Positions 25,490 through 42,002 of a stretch of 64,000 nucleotides of DNA are shown here, piece after piece (the first letter of the stretch is position 1; every line of letters starts with the position of its first letter). The translations under genes were made by a program, and so were the position numbers. The DNA lies in NCBI GenBank assembly GCA_021847485.1, contig JAJZRA010000002.1, positions 20,078 through 84,077 on the forward strand, in the 5' to 3' direction. Below the pieces are notes generated by a model, which was not told the DNA's origin, made no database searches, and worked only from the letters and a program-made list of their open reading frames with translations. Source of the stretch: a bacterium. Its GTDB lineage: Bacteria > Elusimicrobiota > Elusimicrobia > Elusimicrobiales > UBA9959.

Positions 25490-26925
25490 TGCAGGTTCAC
25501 TCCTAAAGAGCCGGTGAGGAGCTCGGTGTAGACGGCCGGGTAGTGGATCAGGAGGCCGAGGGCCAGGCCTATCAGGGCCAGCGCCATCACGCTGGCTACC
25601 ATCGTATAGGAACCCTCGCGGGGGTTGCCGTGGCCGGCGGGCTCGCCGAGGAAGACCTTGTAGAACAGGCGGACCAGGTACAGCAGGGTCATGATCGCGC
25701 CGACGAAGAACATCAGCAGCACCGGCAGGCTGCCGTTCTGCGCGGCGCCGGCGAAGACCAGGTACTTGCTGAAGAAGCCGCCGAACGGCGGGATGCCCAT
25801 GACCGACAGCGAGCACAGCGCGAAGGCCGCCCCGGTGACCGGCATCGAGGAGAACAGGCCGCCCATCTTGGTGATGTCCTTGGTGTGGGTGTTCTGCTCG
25901 ATGATGCCGGCGCAGAGGAACAGCCCGCCCTTGGCGACGCTGTGCATCAGGATGTAGAGCAGGCCGCCGACGAAGGCCGTCTTGTTGCCGCTCGCGAGGC
26001 CGAGGAAGATGAACGCGATCTGGCTGACGGTAGAGTAGGCGATGATCCTCTTGATGTCGGTCTCGATCAGCGCGGCGCCCGCCGAGACCAGCGCGGAGGC
26101 GCCGGCCAGGTACAGCACGGTGTTCGAGAAGGCGTCGGGCGCGGCGAACGTCACGCCGAAGATGCGGGCGTAGGCGTAGACGCCGATCTTGACCAGCACG
26201 GCCGCGTGCAGCAGCGAGGTCACGGTGGAGGGCGCGACGCCGGCGTCCGGCAGCCAGGTCGAGAACGGCAGCGTGGCCGACTTGGAGAGGATGCCGGCCA
26301 GGATGAAGGCGGCCGCGGCGTAGGAGATCGCCTGGCCGTGCAGCGCGCGCAGGTCGAGCGTGCCGTGGTCGAAGTAGACCATGATGATGCCGACCAGCAT
26401 GCAGAGCGCGCCGAAGACCGTCACGAGGATGGTCTTATTGGCCTTGGCCACGTCGCGGTCGGAGCGGAAGAAGCCCACCAGCCTCCAGCTCGCGAAGCCG
26501 GTCATCTCCCAGAACACGTACATCCACAGCAGGTTCGCGGAGAAGACCAGGCCCATCATCGAGCCGAGGAACAGGACCACCATCGTGTAGTACTCGGTCT
26601 GGTTCTCGTAGTGGGAGATGTAGTCCAGCGAGTAGATCAGGATCACCGCGCTGACGAAGGCCGAGATCGAGGCCATGAAGACCGACAGCAGGTCGGCGTG
26701 CAGGATGAAGTCGAAACCGCGCGGGAAAGAGAGCGAGAAGCTGGCGGTCTGCCCCCCCAGCACGGTAGGGGCGAGCGCGGCGGCCGCCGTGAAGGTTGCC
26801 AGGCCCAGGAGCACGGCGTAGGTGTTCCTGGCGGCGACCGAGAGCCGGCCGGCGAGCGGGATCAGGAACGCGCCGAAGACCGGTACTGCGACTGCGAGGG
26901 TAAGGAGTTTGATCGGTAGGTCCAT
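25486..26925 (-). CDS. antiporter-like subunit (NuoM/N, MrpD family); first gene of the operon
   Basis: 479 aa polytopic protein. LPFSTWLPDAGVAPSTVTSLLHAA core. Confidence 0.85.
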   Translation of the reverse strand: MDLPIKLLTLAVAVPVFGAFLIPLAGRLSVAARNTYAVLLGLATFTAAAALAPTVLGGQTASFSLSFPRGFDFILHADLLSVFMASISAFVSAVILIYSLDYISHYENQTEYYTMVVLFLGSMMGLVFSANLLWMYVFWEMTGFASWRLVGFFRSDRDVAKANKTILVTVFGALCMLVGIIMVYFDHGTLDLRALHGQAISYAAAAFILAGILSKSATLPFSTWLPDAGVAPSTVTSLLHAAVLVKIGVYAYARIFGVTFAAPDAFSNTVLYLAGASALVSAGAALIETDIKRIIAYSTVSQIAFIFLGLASGNKTAFVGGLLYILMHSVAKGGLFLCAGIIEQNTHTKDITKMGGLFSSMPVTGAAFALCSLSVMGIPPFGGFFSKYLVFAGAAQNGSLPVLLMFFVGAIMTLLYLVRLFYKVFLGEPAGHGNPREGSYTMVASVMALALIGLALGLLIHYPAVYTELLTGSLGVNLQ

Positions 26926-26932
26926 GCCTTCT

Positions 26933-26938
26933 ATTATA
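26933..26938 (-). promoter_or_regulatory. -10 box TATAAT 7 nt upstream of the first hydrogenase-operon ATG (leaderless-type)
   Basis: Minus strand reads TTGTATAAT-agaaggc-ATG (ATG 26925..26923), inside the only AT-rich stretch between two operons. Confidence 0.45.
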
Positions 26939-27018
26939 CAAAATAGAAAAAGTACCTCTTTACAAAAAACACTAATGGGAGTATTAGCGCGGCTAATAGC
27001 GCGCCGACGGGAAAGGCG

Positions 27019-27047
27019 AAAAAAAGGGCCGGCCCGGAGGCCGGCCC
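27019..27047 (-). terminator. rho-independent terminator after the carboxyltransferase gene
   Basis: Minus strand reads GGGCCGGCC-tccg-GGCCGGCCC followed by TTTTTTT. Confidence 0.7.
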
Positions 27048-27067
27048 TTCCTTAGCGTAACGTCAGG

Positions 27068-28705
27068 TTACAGCGGGATGTTGCCGGTGCGCGGCTGCTC
27101 CCCCGGGCGGCGCTTGTCCGCCAGCAGGCGGAAGGCCGCGATCAGGCGGCTGCGGGCCTCGGTGGGCTCTATGACCTCGTCCACCGAACCCATCGAGGCG
27201 GTCTGGTAAGGCGAGGCGAACTTGTCGGAGTATTCCTTGGCGAGCTTCACGCGCAGGGCCTCACGCTCCTCCTCCTTGGCCTCCTTGATCTGGCGCGAGT
27301 AGAGGATCTCCACCGCGCCGCGCGGGCCCATCACGGCGATCTCGGCCGAAGGCAGCGAGAAATTGATGTCGCCGCCCATCAGCTTGGAGCTCATCGCGAT
27401 GTAGGCGCCGCCGTAGGCCTTCCTGAGCACCAGCGTGATCTTCGGCACGGTGGCCTCGGCGTAGGCGTACAGCAGCTTCGCGCCGTGGCGGATGATGCCG
27501 CCGTGCTCCTGCGCCACGCCGGGCCAGTAGCCGGGAACGTCCACGAGCGTCAGGATCGGGATGTTGAAGCTGTTGAGGAACCTGATGAAGCGCGCGGCCT
27601 TGTCCGAGGCGTTGATGTCCAGCGCGCCGGCCATGTGGGCCGGGTTGTTCGCTATCACGCCGACGACCTGCCCGCCCAGGCGGATGAAGCCTATCACGAT
27701 GTTCTTGGCGTAGTCGTGGTGCACCTCGAGGAACTTGTGGTCGTCGGAGAGCCACCAGACTATGTGGTTGACGCGGTAAGGCTTGCGCGGGTCCACCTCG
27801 CAGAGCTTCTCCATCAGCGCGACCTTGCGGGCGGCGGGGTCCTTGGTCTCCAGGGCCGGCGCGGCCTCGAAGCGGCTCTGCGGCAGGAAGCTCAGCAGCT
27901 CCTTGACCTGCCGGTAGCAGTCCGGCTCGGAGTTGGCCACGAAGTGGCAGACGCCCGACTTGGAGGCGTGCGTCGTGGCGCCGCCGAGCGTCTCGAAGTC
28001 CACCTCTTCGCCGGTGGCGGCCTTCACCACCTCGGGGCCGGTCACGAACATGTTGCTCATGCCCCTGACCATGAAGACGAAGTCCGTCAGCGCCGGGGAA
28101 TAGACGGCGCCGCCGGCGCACGGGCCGACGATGACCGAGATCTGCGGCACCACGCCCGAGTACTTGGTGTTGCGGTAGAAGATCTCGCCGTAACCGTCGA
28201 GGGAGTCGACGCCCTCCTGGATGCGGGCGCCGCCCGAGTCCAGGATGCCGATGACGGGGCAGCGCGCGTCGGCCGCCATGTCCATCAGCTTGGCGATCTT
28301 GTCTGCGTGCGTGCGGCCCAGCGAGCCGCCCAGCTGCGTGAAATCCTCGGAGAAGATCGCCGCGGGCCGGCCGCCGATCCTGCCGAAGCCGGTGATGACG
28401 CCGTCGCCCTTGATGTGCTTGTCCTTGATGCCGAAGTCGGTGCAGCGGCTTTCCATCAGCAGGCCGAGTTCCATGAAGGAGCCCTCGTCCACCAGGTAGG
28501 CGATGCGCTCGCGGGCGGTCAGCTTGCCCTTCTTGCGCTGGGCCTCCACCTTGTCCGGCGGCCCGCCGGCCTCGGCCGCGGCGTGGACCTCGCGGAACTT
28601 CCTGAGGGATTCCGGGACCACGCGCACCTTCTTGGGGTGGGACTTCTTCCCCGAGGGCTGCGGCTCTTCCTTGGTTCCGGTTATGGGATCTATGATATCG
28701 GCCAT
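27068..28705 (-). CDS. acyl-CoA carboxylase carboxyltransferase subunit (PccB/AccD5/MmdA family)
   Basis: 545 aa. GKLTARERI..L.D.GSF.E, GGRP..IFSEDFT..GGS.G, GPCAGGAVYSPALTDF, AYGGAY motifs. Confidence 0.9.
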   Translation of the reverse strand: MADIIDPITGTKEEPQPSGKKSHPKKVRVVPESLRKFREVHAAAEAGGPPDKVEAQRKKGKLTARERIAYLVDEGSFMELGLLMESRCTDFGIKDKHIKGDGVITGFGRIGGRPAAIFSEDFTQLGGSLGRTHADKIAKLMDMAADARCPVIGILDSGGARIQEGVDSLDGYGEIFYRNTKYSGVVPQISVIVGPCAGGAVYSPALTDFVFMVRGMSNMFVTGPEVVKAATGEEVDFETLGGATTHASKSGVCHFVANSEPDCYRQVKELLSFLPQSRFEAAPALETKDPAARKVALMEKLCEVDPRKPYRVNHIVWWLSDDHKFLEVHHDYAKNIVIGFIRLGGQVVGVIANNPAHMAGALDINASDKAARFIRFLNSFNIPILTLVDVPGYWPGVAQEHGGIIRHGAKLLYAYAEATVPKITLVLRKAYGGAYIAMSSKLMGGDINFSLPSAEIAVMGPRGAVEILYSRQIKEAKEEEREALRVKLAKEYSDKFASPYQTASMGSVDEVIEPTEARSRLIAAFRLLADKRRPGEQPRTGNIPL

Positions 28706-28841
28706 TATGTGTGTGCCTCCAGATCTGTCGGGCCTCGCGGCCCTCGCTCCGCTGAACCCCTCCTAAGAGGAGTTCCCTTTATCGCACCCCGCGCCTTGCT
28801 CGGGGCCGATTAGCGGCCCGGCCTTCGCCGGGCATCTGCTG

Positions 28842-29510
28842 CTATTCTACCTTTTTATCGCCGCCGGTTCGGCCGGCTATGACGGCCGTCCAGAAGCCCT
28901 CGGGCTCGCGGCGGGTCTCCAGGACGAAAGCCGGGCTGCCCAGTTCCCTGTAGCGCTCCAGCGTCTTGCCGAGGAAGGAGACCTTCTCCCCCGCCACCCG
29001 GATGTCTATCGGGTCGGCCATCAGGCCGAGGCCCAGGGCCTTCATCGCCGCTTCCTTCACGGCCCACAGGCGCGTCCCCTCGGACGCGTCCGGCTCCGGC
29101 AGCTCGGCGGGGTGGAAGTAATCCGAGTACCAGGCGGGATGCCTGTCCTCTATCTTCTCCAGGTCCAGCCCCAGGAACGAGGAGCCGGGCTTGAAGGCCG
29201 CGGCGGCCCAGCCCCCGGAGTGGGAGATGGACAGCAGCGCGCCGCCGCACGACGGGCGGCCGAGCAGGTCCGACTCTATCTCCAGCTCGGCCGGCGGCTT
29301 GCCGGTGTACTCGGCCAGCAGCGCTTTGGCGGCCAGCCGGCCGGCCAGCCACTCCGCGCGCCGCTTCTCTATCCGGAAGGAGGACAGGACCTTCACTTCC
29401 TTGTGCGAGAGGTCCTGGCCCGGGAGCAGGCCTTCCACCTTTATCGTCCTTACCCTGGTCTCCGTCGCGGGCCAGAGCGCGGAGGTCTCATGTTGTCTTA
29501 CGGTGTTCAT
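28842..29510 (-). CDS. 4'-phosphopantetheinyl transferase, Sfp type
   Basis: SISHSGGW, GLDLEKI and WAVKEAAMKA motifs. Starts 13 nt after the synthase stop. Confidence 0.85.
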   Translation of the reverse strand: MNTVRQHETSALWPATETRVRTIKVEGLLPGQDLSHKEVKVLSSFRIEKRRAEWLAGRLAAKALLAEYTGKPPAELEIESDLLGRPSCGGALLSISHSGGWAAAAFKPGSSFLGLDLEKIEDRHPAWYSDYFHPAELPEPDASEGTRLWAVKEAAMKALGLGLMADPIDIRVAGEKVSFLGKTLERYRELGSPAFVLETRREPEGFWTAVIAGRTGGDKKVE

Positions 29511-29523
29511 CTCTAGTGTCCTG

Positions 29524-38631
<9,108 letters not shown>

Positions 38632-38810
38632 AATCTGTATGCCTCTCTCCGCAGGTCCCCGGGGTTGGCGGACAGCCTGCGTTATGTTTTTAAATTGTAT
38701 GGATAAAACGGGTCAGATGATGCCGTTTAAGGATGTCATATATATATTTTAGGAAATATAAGAGAAGCTAGGCAACCGCGGGAGCTGGCCCGGACGGGTC
38801 CTTGTCTTGT

Positions 38811-38837
38811 AAACGCTTGTAAAATAAGCGTTTTTTT
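38811..38837. terminator. hairpin with T-run just downstream of the 38843..40468 gene
   Basis: AAACGCTT-gtaaaat-AAGCGTTT followed by TTTT on the + strand. It lies 6 nt from the minus-strand stop, with the A-run on the minus-strand side. Confidence 0.4.
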
Positions 38838-38842
38838 GGGGT

Positions 38843-40468
38843 TCAGCGCTTCAGCGCCAGCAGGTAGAGGACGCCTTTCCGGTTCGACAGCGGGGTAGAG
38901 TATTCCTGGCGGTCTACCACGGTCAGCCGGGGGTCCGGGGTGAAGGAAACTATGGCCTTATAGCGGTTGAGGCTCTTCCATTCCCATTCGCCTATCATGC
39001 TAAGGGGCTTCATGGCCTTCAGGTAGGCCATATTGCGCTCGTAGCTCAGCCAGGCCTCGTAGTCGAAACCGTTGGCTATCTCGTCCGGGGGCAGCTTGGC
39101 GTGGGGGCGGGCCGCCAGCTCCCACTTGGCCTCGTTCCAGGCCAGGTAGTCCTTCATCCCGGCCCAGCCCAGCAGGGCGCAGACGGCCAGCGCGCCGGCC
39201 GCCGCCGGCCGGTAGAACTTTATCCCCCTGGCCGCGTAGGCCGCCGCTATGGCGAACCAGGGCAGGAAGGTGGGCAGGAGGTAGCGGTCGAAATACTTGG
39301 CCCCCAGCAGCGACAGCGCCAGCTGGGCGGCGAAGGCCGTGAACAGGAAGCGCAGCGCCGGTCCCCCGGCCCTCAGCGAGAAGGCCGAGCTGCAGACCAG
39401 CAGGGCCGCCGAGAAGACGCCTGCCGCCGTGGCCGCGGGCCAGAAGAGGCGGCTGCCGAAAAGGCCGGCCGGCTTGAGGGCCGCGCCGCCCACCGTCAGC
39501 ACGCCTATTCCGTAGCGGTTCAGGGTGTTCTCCAGGTAGGGCAGCGGCCCGGCGAACAGCGCGAACCCGCCCAGCGCGGCCAGCAGCAGCCACGGGGCCG
39601 CGGCCGACAGGCGGCCTTCGCGCGGGCAGCTCTTGGACGAGAAACGGCGGAAGCTGAGGGCGAAGCCGGCGGCGAGCGGCAGCAGCAGCAGGCCGGCCTC
39701 TATGGCCGAGGCCAGCAGCCGGTAGAGGGCGTCGCCTAGGAAAGAGAGCGGGGCGGCCAGGTGCGCCAGCGTGGCGCCGGACACGTAGTTCTCGGAGGCC
39801 CAGGTCCGCCCCTGCGTCAGCCTGAACCAGAAGTAATAGCCGGCTATCGCCGCCGCGGGCAGGACCCAGACCAGCGCCAGCTCGCGGGCTTTCGGGCGGC
39901 CTCGCCGCAGCAGTTCCAGCGTGAAGGCCAGCGGCAGGGCCGCGCCCAGCTGGCGCGTCAGGTAGGCGGCGGCCGCGCAGGCCCCGGCGGCCAGCAGCGG
40001 CGCCGCCGCGAGGCCGCTCTTCAGCGCGCGCACGTAGAAATAGAGGGCCGCGCTCATCCACAGGAAGTACGGCGCGTCGGTCATGTAGGAGTTGGCCGCG
40101 GCCAGGTACAGCGGGCTCAGGCCCAGGGCCAGCGCCGCCGCGGTCCGCTCGAAGGGGCCCGCGTCCAGCTCCGCGAGCAGCCGCGAGAAAAAGAAGACGC
40201 CGCCCGCGGCCGCCAGCACGTCCAGCACGCGCAGCGCGCCGAAGCTGAAGCCGAAGATCTTCGAGACCAGCGCCCCGGCCAGGACGTGCATGACCTGCGT
40301 GGAGGCTCCCCAGTCGGAAAGGGCCAGCCTGCCGGTCGCGGCCAGGCCGCGAGCGGCCAGCGCGTAGGCCCAGTCGTCGTTGAGCGGGAAATTGTAGGCC
40401 CAAGGCGCCAGCGCGGCGCAGAAAAGCAGGAAGATCCCCGCCGCGGCGAATTTTTCCAGCCTGTTCAC
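38843..40468 (-). CDS. polytopic membrane protein, GT-C (ArnT/PMT, GT39/83-like) glycosyltransferase candidate
   Basis: About 12 helices. The first loop has NFPLNDDWAY (acidic DD motif). Soluble C-terminal domain of about 100 aa. Confidence 0.65.
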   Translation of the reverse strand: MNRLEKFAAAGIFLLFCAALAPWAYNFPLNDDWAYALAARGLAATGRLALSDWGASTQVMHVLAGALVSKIFGFSFGALRVLDVLAAAGGVFFFSRLLAELDAGPFERTAAALALGLSPLYLAAANSYMTDAPYFLWMSAALYFYVRALKSGLAAAPLLAAGACAAAAYLTRQLGAALPLAFTLELLRRGRPKARELALVWVLPAAAIAGYYFWFRLTQGRTWASENYVSGATLAHLAAPLSFLGDALYRLLASAIEAGLLLLPLAAGFALSFRRFSSKSCPREGRLSAAAPWLLLAALGGFALFAGPLPYLENTLNRYGIGVLTVGGAALKPAGLFGSRLFWPAATAAGVFSAALLVCSSAFSLRAGGPALRFLFTAFAAQLALSLLGAKYFDRYLLPTFLPWFAIAAAYAARGIKFYRPAAAGALAVCALLGWAGMKDYLAWNEAKWELAARPHAKLPPDEIANGFDYEAWLSYERNMAYLKAMKPLSMIGEWEWKSLNRYKAIVSFTPDPRLTVVDRQEYSTPLSNRKGVLYLLALKR

Positions 40469-40527
40469 AAGTAAGCTCCCTAACCTGGTAAAAGTCTATC
40501 AAAAGCGCCGCCGCCCGCGCAACTTTC

Positions 40528-40553
40528 CGGTTTTTGCGGTTTTTCCGGTTTTG
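40528..40553 (+). repeat. three tandem T-tract 9-mers upstream of and overlapping the cyd -35 box
   Basis: CGGTTTTTG CGGTTTTTC CGGTTTTG. Confidence 0.8.
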
Positions 40554-40579
40554 TCCCCGCGGCCCATAATTATTATAAT
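40551..40579 (+). promoter_or_regulatory. sigma70-like promoter TTGTCC-N17-TATAAT for cydAB
   Basis: TTGTCC at 40551..40556 and TATAAT at 40574..40579. GGAGG RBS and ATG 40623 lie about 36 nt downstream of the predicted start site. Confidence 0.5.
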
Positions 40580-40622
40580 TTCGTCACCTTAAAATACGGA
40601 CGGGTCGGGTCGGAGGCAAGGC

Positions 40623-41957
40623 ATGGATGCGCTCACGCTCAGCAGGCTGCAGTTCGCCGTTACGGCGATGTTCCACTTCATTTTCGTCCCCCTTACGCTG
40701 GGGCTGGGCTGGCTGACGGCCTGGTTCGAGACGCGCTACGCGCTCTCCGGCGACGCGAAGTATCTCTCCATGACGCGCTTCTGGGGCAAGCTGTTCCTGA
40801 TCAACTTCGCGCTGGGCGTGGTGACCGGCCTCACGATGGAGTTCCAGTTCGGCATGAACTGGGCCGAGTACGCCAAATACGTCGGGGACATCTTCGGCGC
40901 GCCGCTGGCCATAGAGGCCACGGTCGCGTTCTTCCTGGAGTCCACCTTCATCGGCGTCTGGGTGTTCGGCTGGGGCCGCCTGTCCAGGAAGGCCCACGCG
41001 GCGGCGATGTGGATAGTGGCTTTCGCCACCAACATGTCGGCGCTGTGGATCCTGCTGGCCAACGGCTGGATGCAGCACCCCGTCGGCTACGCGCTGCGCA
41101 ACGGCCGCGCCGAGATGACGGACTTCCCCGCCCTGCTGGCCAACGCCTACGGCTGGATAGAATTCTTCCATACGGTGCTCGCGGGCTGGGTCATCGCGGG
41201 CTTCTTCGTGATGGGCGTCTCGGCCTGGCACCTGCTCCGCAAGAACCAGGCGGAGGCTTTCCGCCGCTCTTTCGGCGCCGGCGCGGTCTTCGCGCTGGTC
41301 AGCGCCGTGCTGCTGGCCGTGGTCGGGGACAGGAGCGGCGTGAACGTGGCCAGGAACCAGCCCGCCAAGTTCGCCGCGATGGAGTCGGTCTGGGAGACGC
41401 GCGCCGACGCGCCCTACACGCTGCTGACGGTCCCGCGCCTCTCCGGCGAGGGCAACGCGGTGGAGGCGCTCCGGATCCCTTACGGCCTGTCGCTGCTGGC
41501 CTTCCACGACCCGCACGCCGTGGTCAAGGGCCTCAACGATATCCCCCGGCAGGACCGGCCGCCGGTGCTGCCGGTGTTCCTCGGCTTCAGGACGATGGTG
41601 GCGCTGGGAGGGCTCTTCATCCTGCTGTCGGCGGCCGGAGTCTGGCTGTGGCGCAAGGAACGGCTGCAGGACTACCCGCTCTACCTCAAGCTGATGGTCT
41701 TCGCCATCCCGCTGCCCTATATCGCCATCCAGATCGGCTGGCTGGTCACCGAGCTGGGCCGCCAGCCGTGGGCGGTCTACGGCCTGCTGCGCACCGCCGA
41801 CGGGGTCTCGAAGTCGGTGACGGCGGGGCAGGTCTGGCTCTCGCTGGCGGGCTTCACGCTGTTCTATTCCGCGCTCGGCGTCGTCGATATCTGGCTGCTG
41901 GCGAAGTACGCCCGCAAGGGCATGGAAGAGCCGGTTCCCGCCGAGGCCAAGCCTTGA
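40623..41957 (+). CDS. cydA: cytochrome bd-type quinol oxidase subunit I
   Basis: LSRLQFAVTAMFHFIFVPLTLGL...GVVTGLTMEFQFGMNW...EATVAFFLESTFIG. Confidence 0.95.
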   Translation: MDALTLSRLQFAVTAMFHFIFVPLTLGLGWLTAWFETRYALSGDAKYLSMTRFWGKLFLINFALGVVTGLTMEFQFGMNWAEYAKYVGDIFGAPLAIEATVAFFLESTFIGVWVFGWGRLSRKAHAAAMWIVAFATNMSALWILLANGWMQHPVGYALRNGRAEMTDFPALLANAYGWIEFFHTVLAGWVIAGFFVMGVSAWHLLRKNQAEAFRRSFGAGAVFALVSAVLLAVVGDRSGVNVARNQPAKFAAMESVWETRADAPYTLLTVPRLSGEGNAVEALRIPYGLSLLAFHDPHAVVKGLNDIPRQDRPPVLPVFLGFRTMVALGGLFILLSAAGVWLWRKERLQDYPLYLKLMVFAIPLPYIAIQIGWLVTELGRQPWAVYGLLRTADGVSKSVTAGQVWLSLAGFTLFYSALGVVDIWLLAKYARKGMEEPVPAEAKP

Positions 41958-42002
41958 CGCGGGGGCGTGACCGGGAACTGACTTTTCAGGAGAGTTAATA
42001 AT

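Noticed and set aside
23639-25816. N-terminal extensions in the ORF track. The main cases are 23639..25816, 202..1299, 1948..2775, 21423..22163, 52283..53833, 56216..57100 and 60023..62305. TTG/GTG starts at 10639, 13434, 15108, 21084, 23655 and 47976 fall in the same group.
   Set aside because: The extended parts are R/P/A/G-rich and overlap the upstream gene. Internal ATG/GTG starts give sensible N-termini (signal peptides, TM helices, family starts) with an RBS, an ATGA/GTGA overlap, or a -10 box at leaderless spacing.
15195-26919. Long plus-strand ORFs 15195..17471, 18325..20241, 22564..23646, 23636..25531 and 25543..26919.
   Set aside because: They are antisense to the MscS, C11 peptidase and hydrogenase-operon genes. 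They show the same GC-shadow composition and no RBS or promoter context.
26939-26965. TTGTAA as a -35 box for the hydrogenase promoter.
   Set aside because: The spacer to the TATAAT is 21 nt, outside the functional 16-19 nt range. The promoter was reported as a -10-only, leaderless-type element.
40489-40502. Possible FNR/CRP box upstream of cydAB (TAAAA-gtct-ATCAA).
   Set aside because: Only the right half-site matches TTGAT-N4-ATCAA, and the left half matches 2 of 5 positions. That is not enough to call a site.
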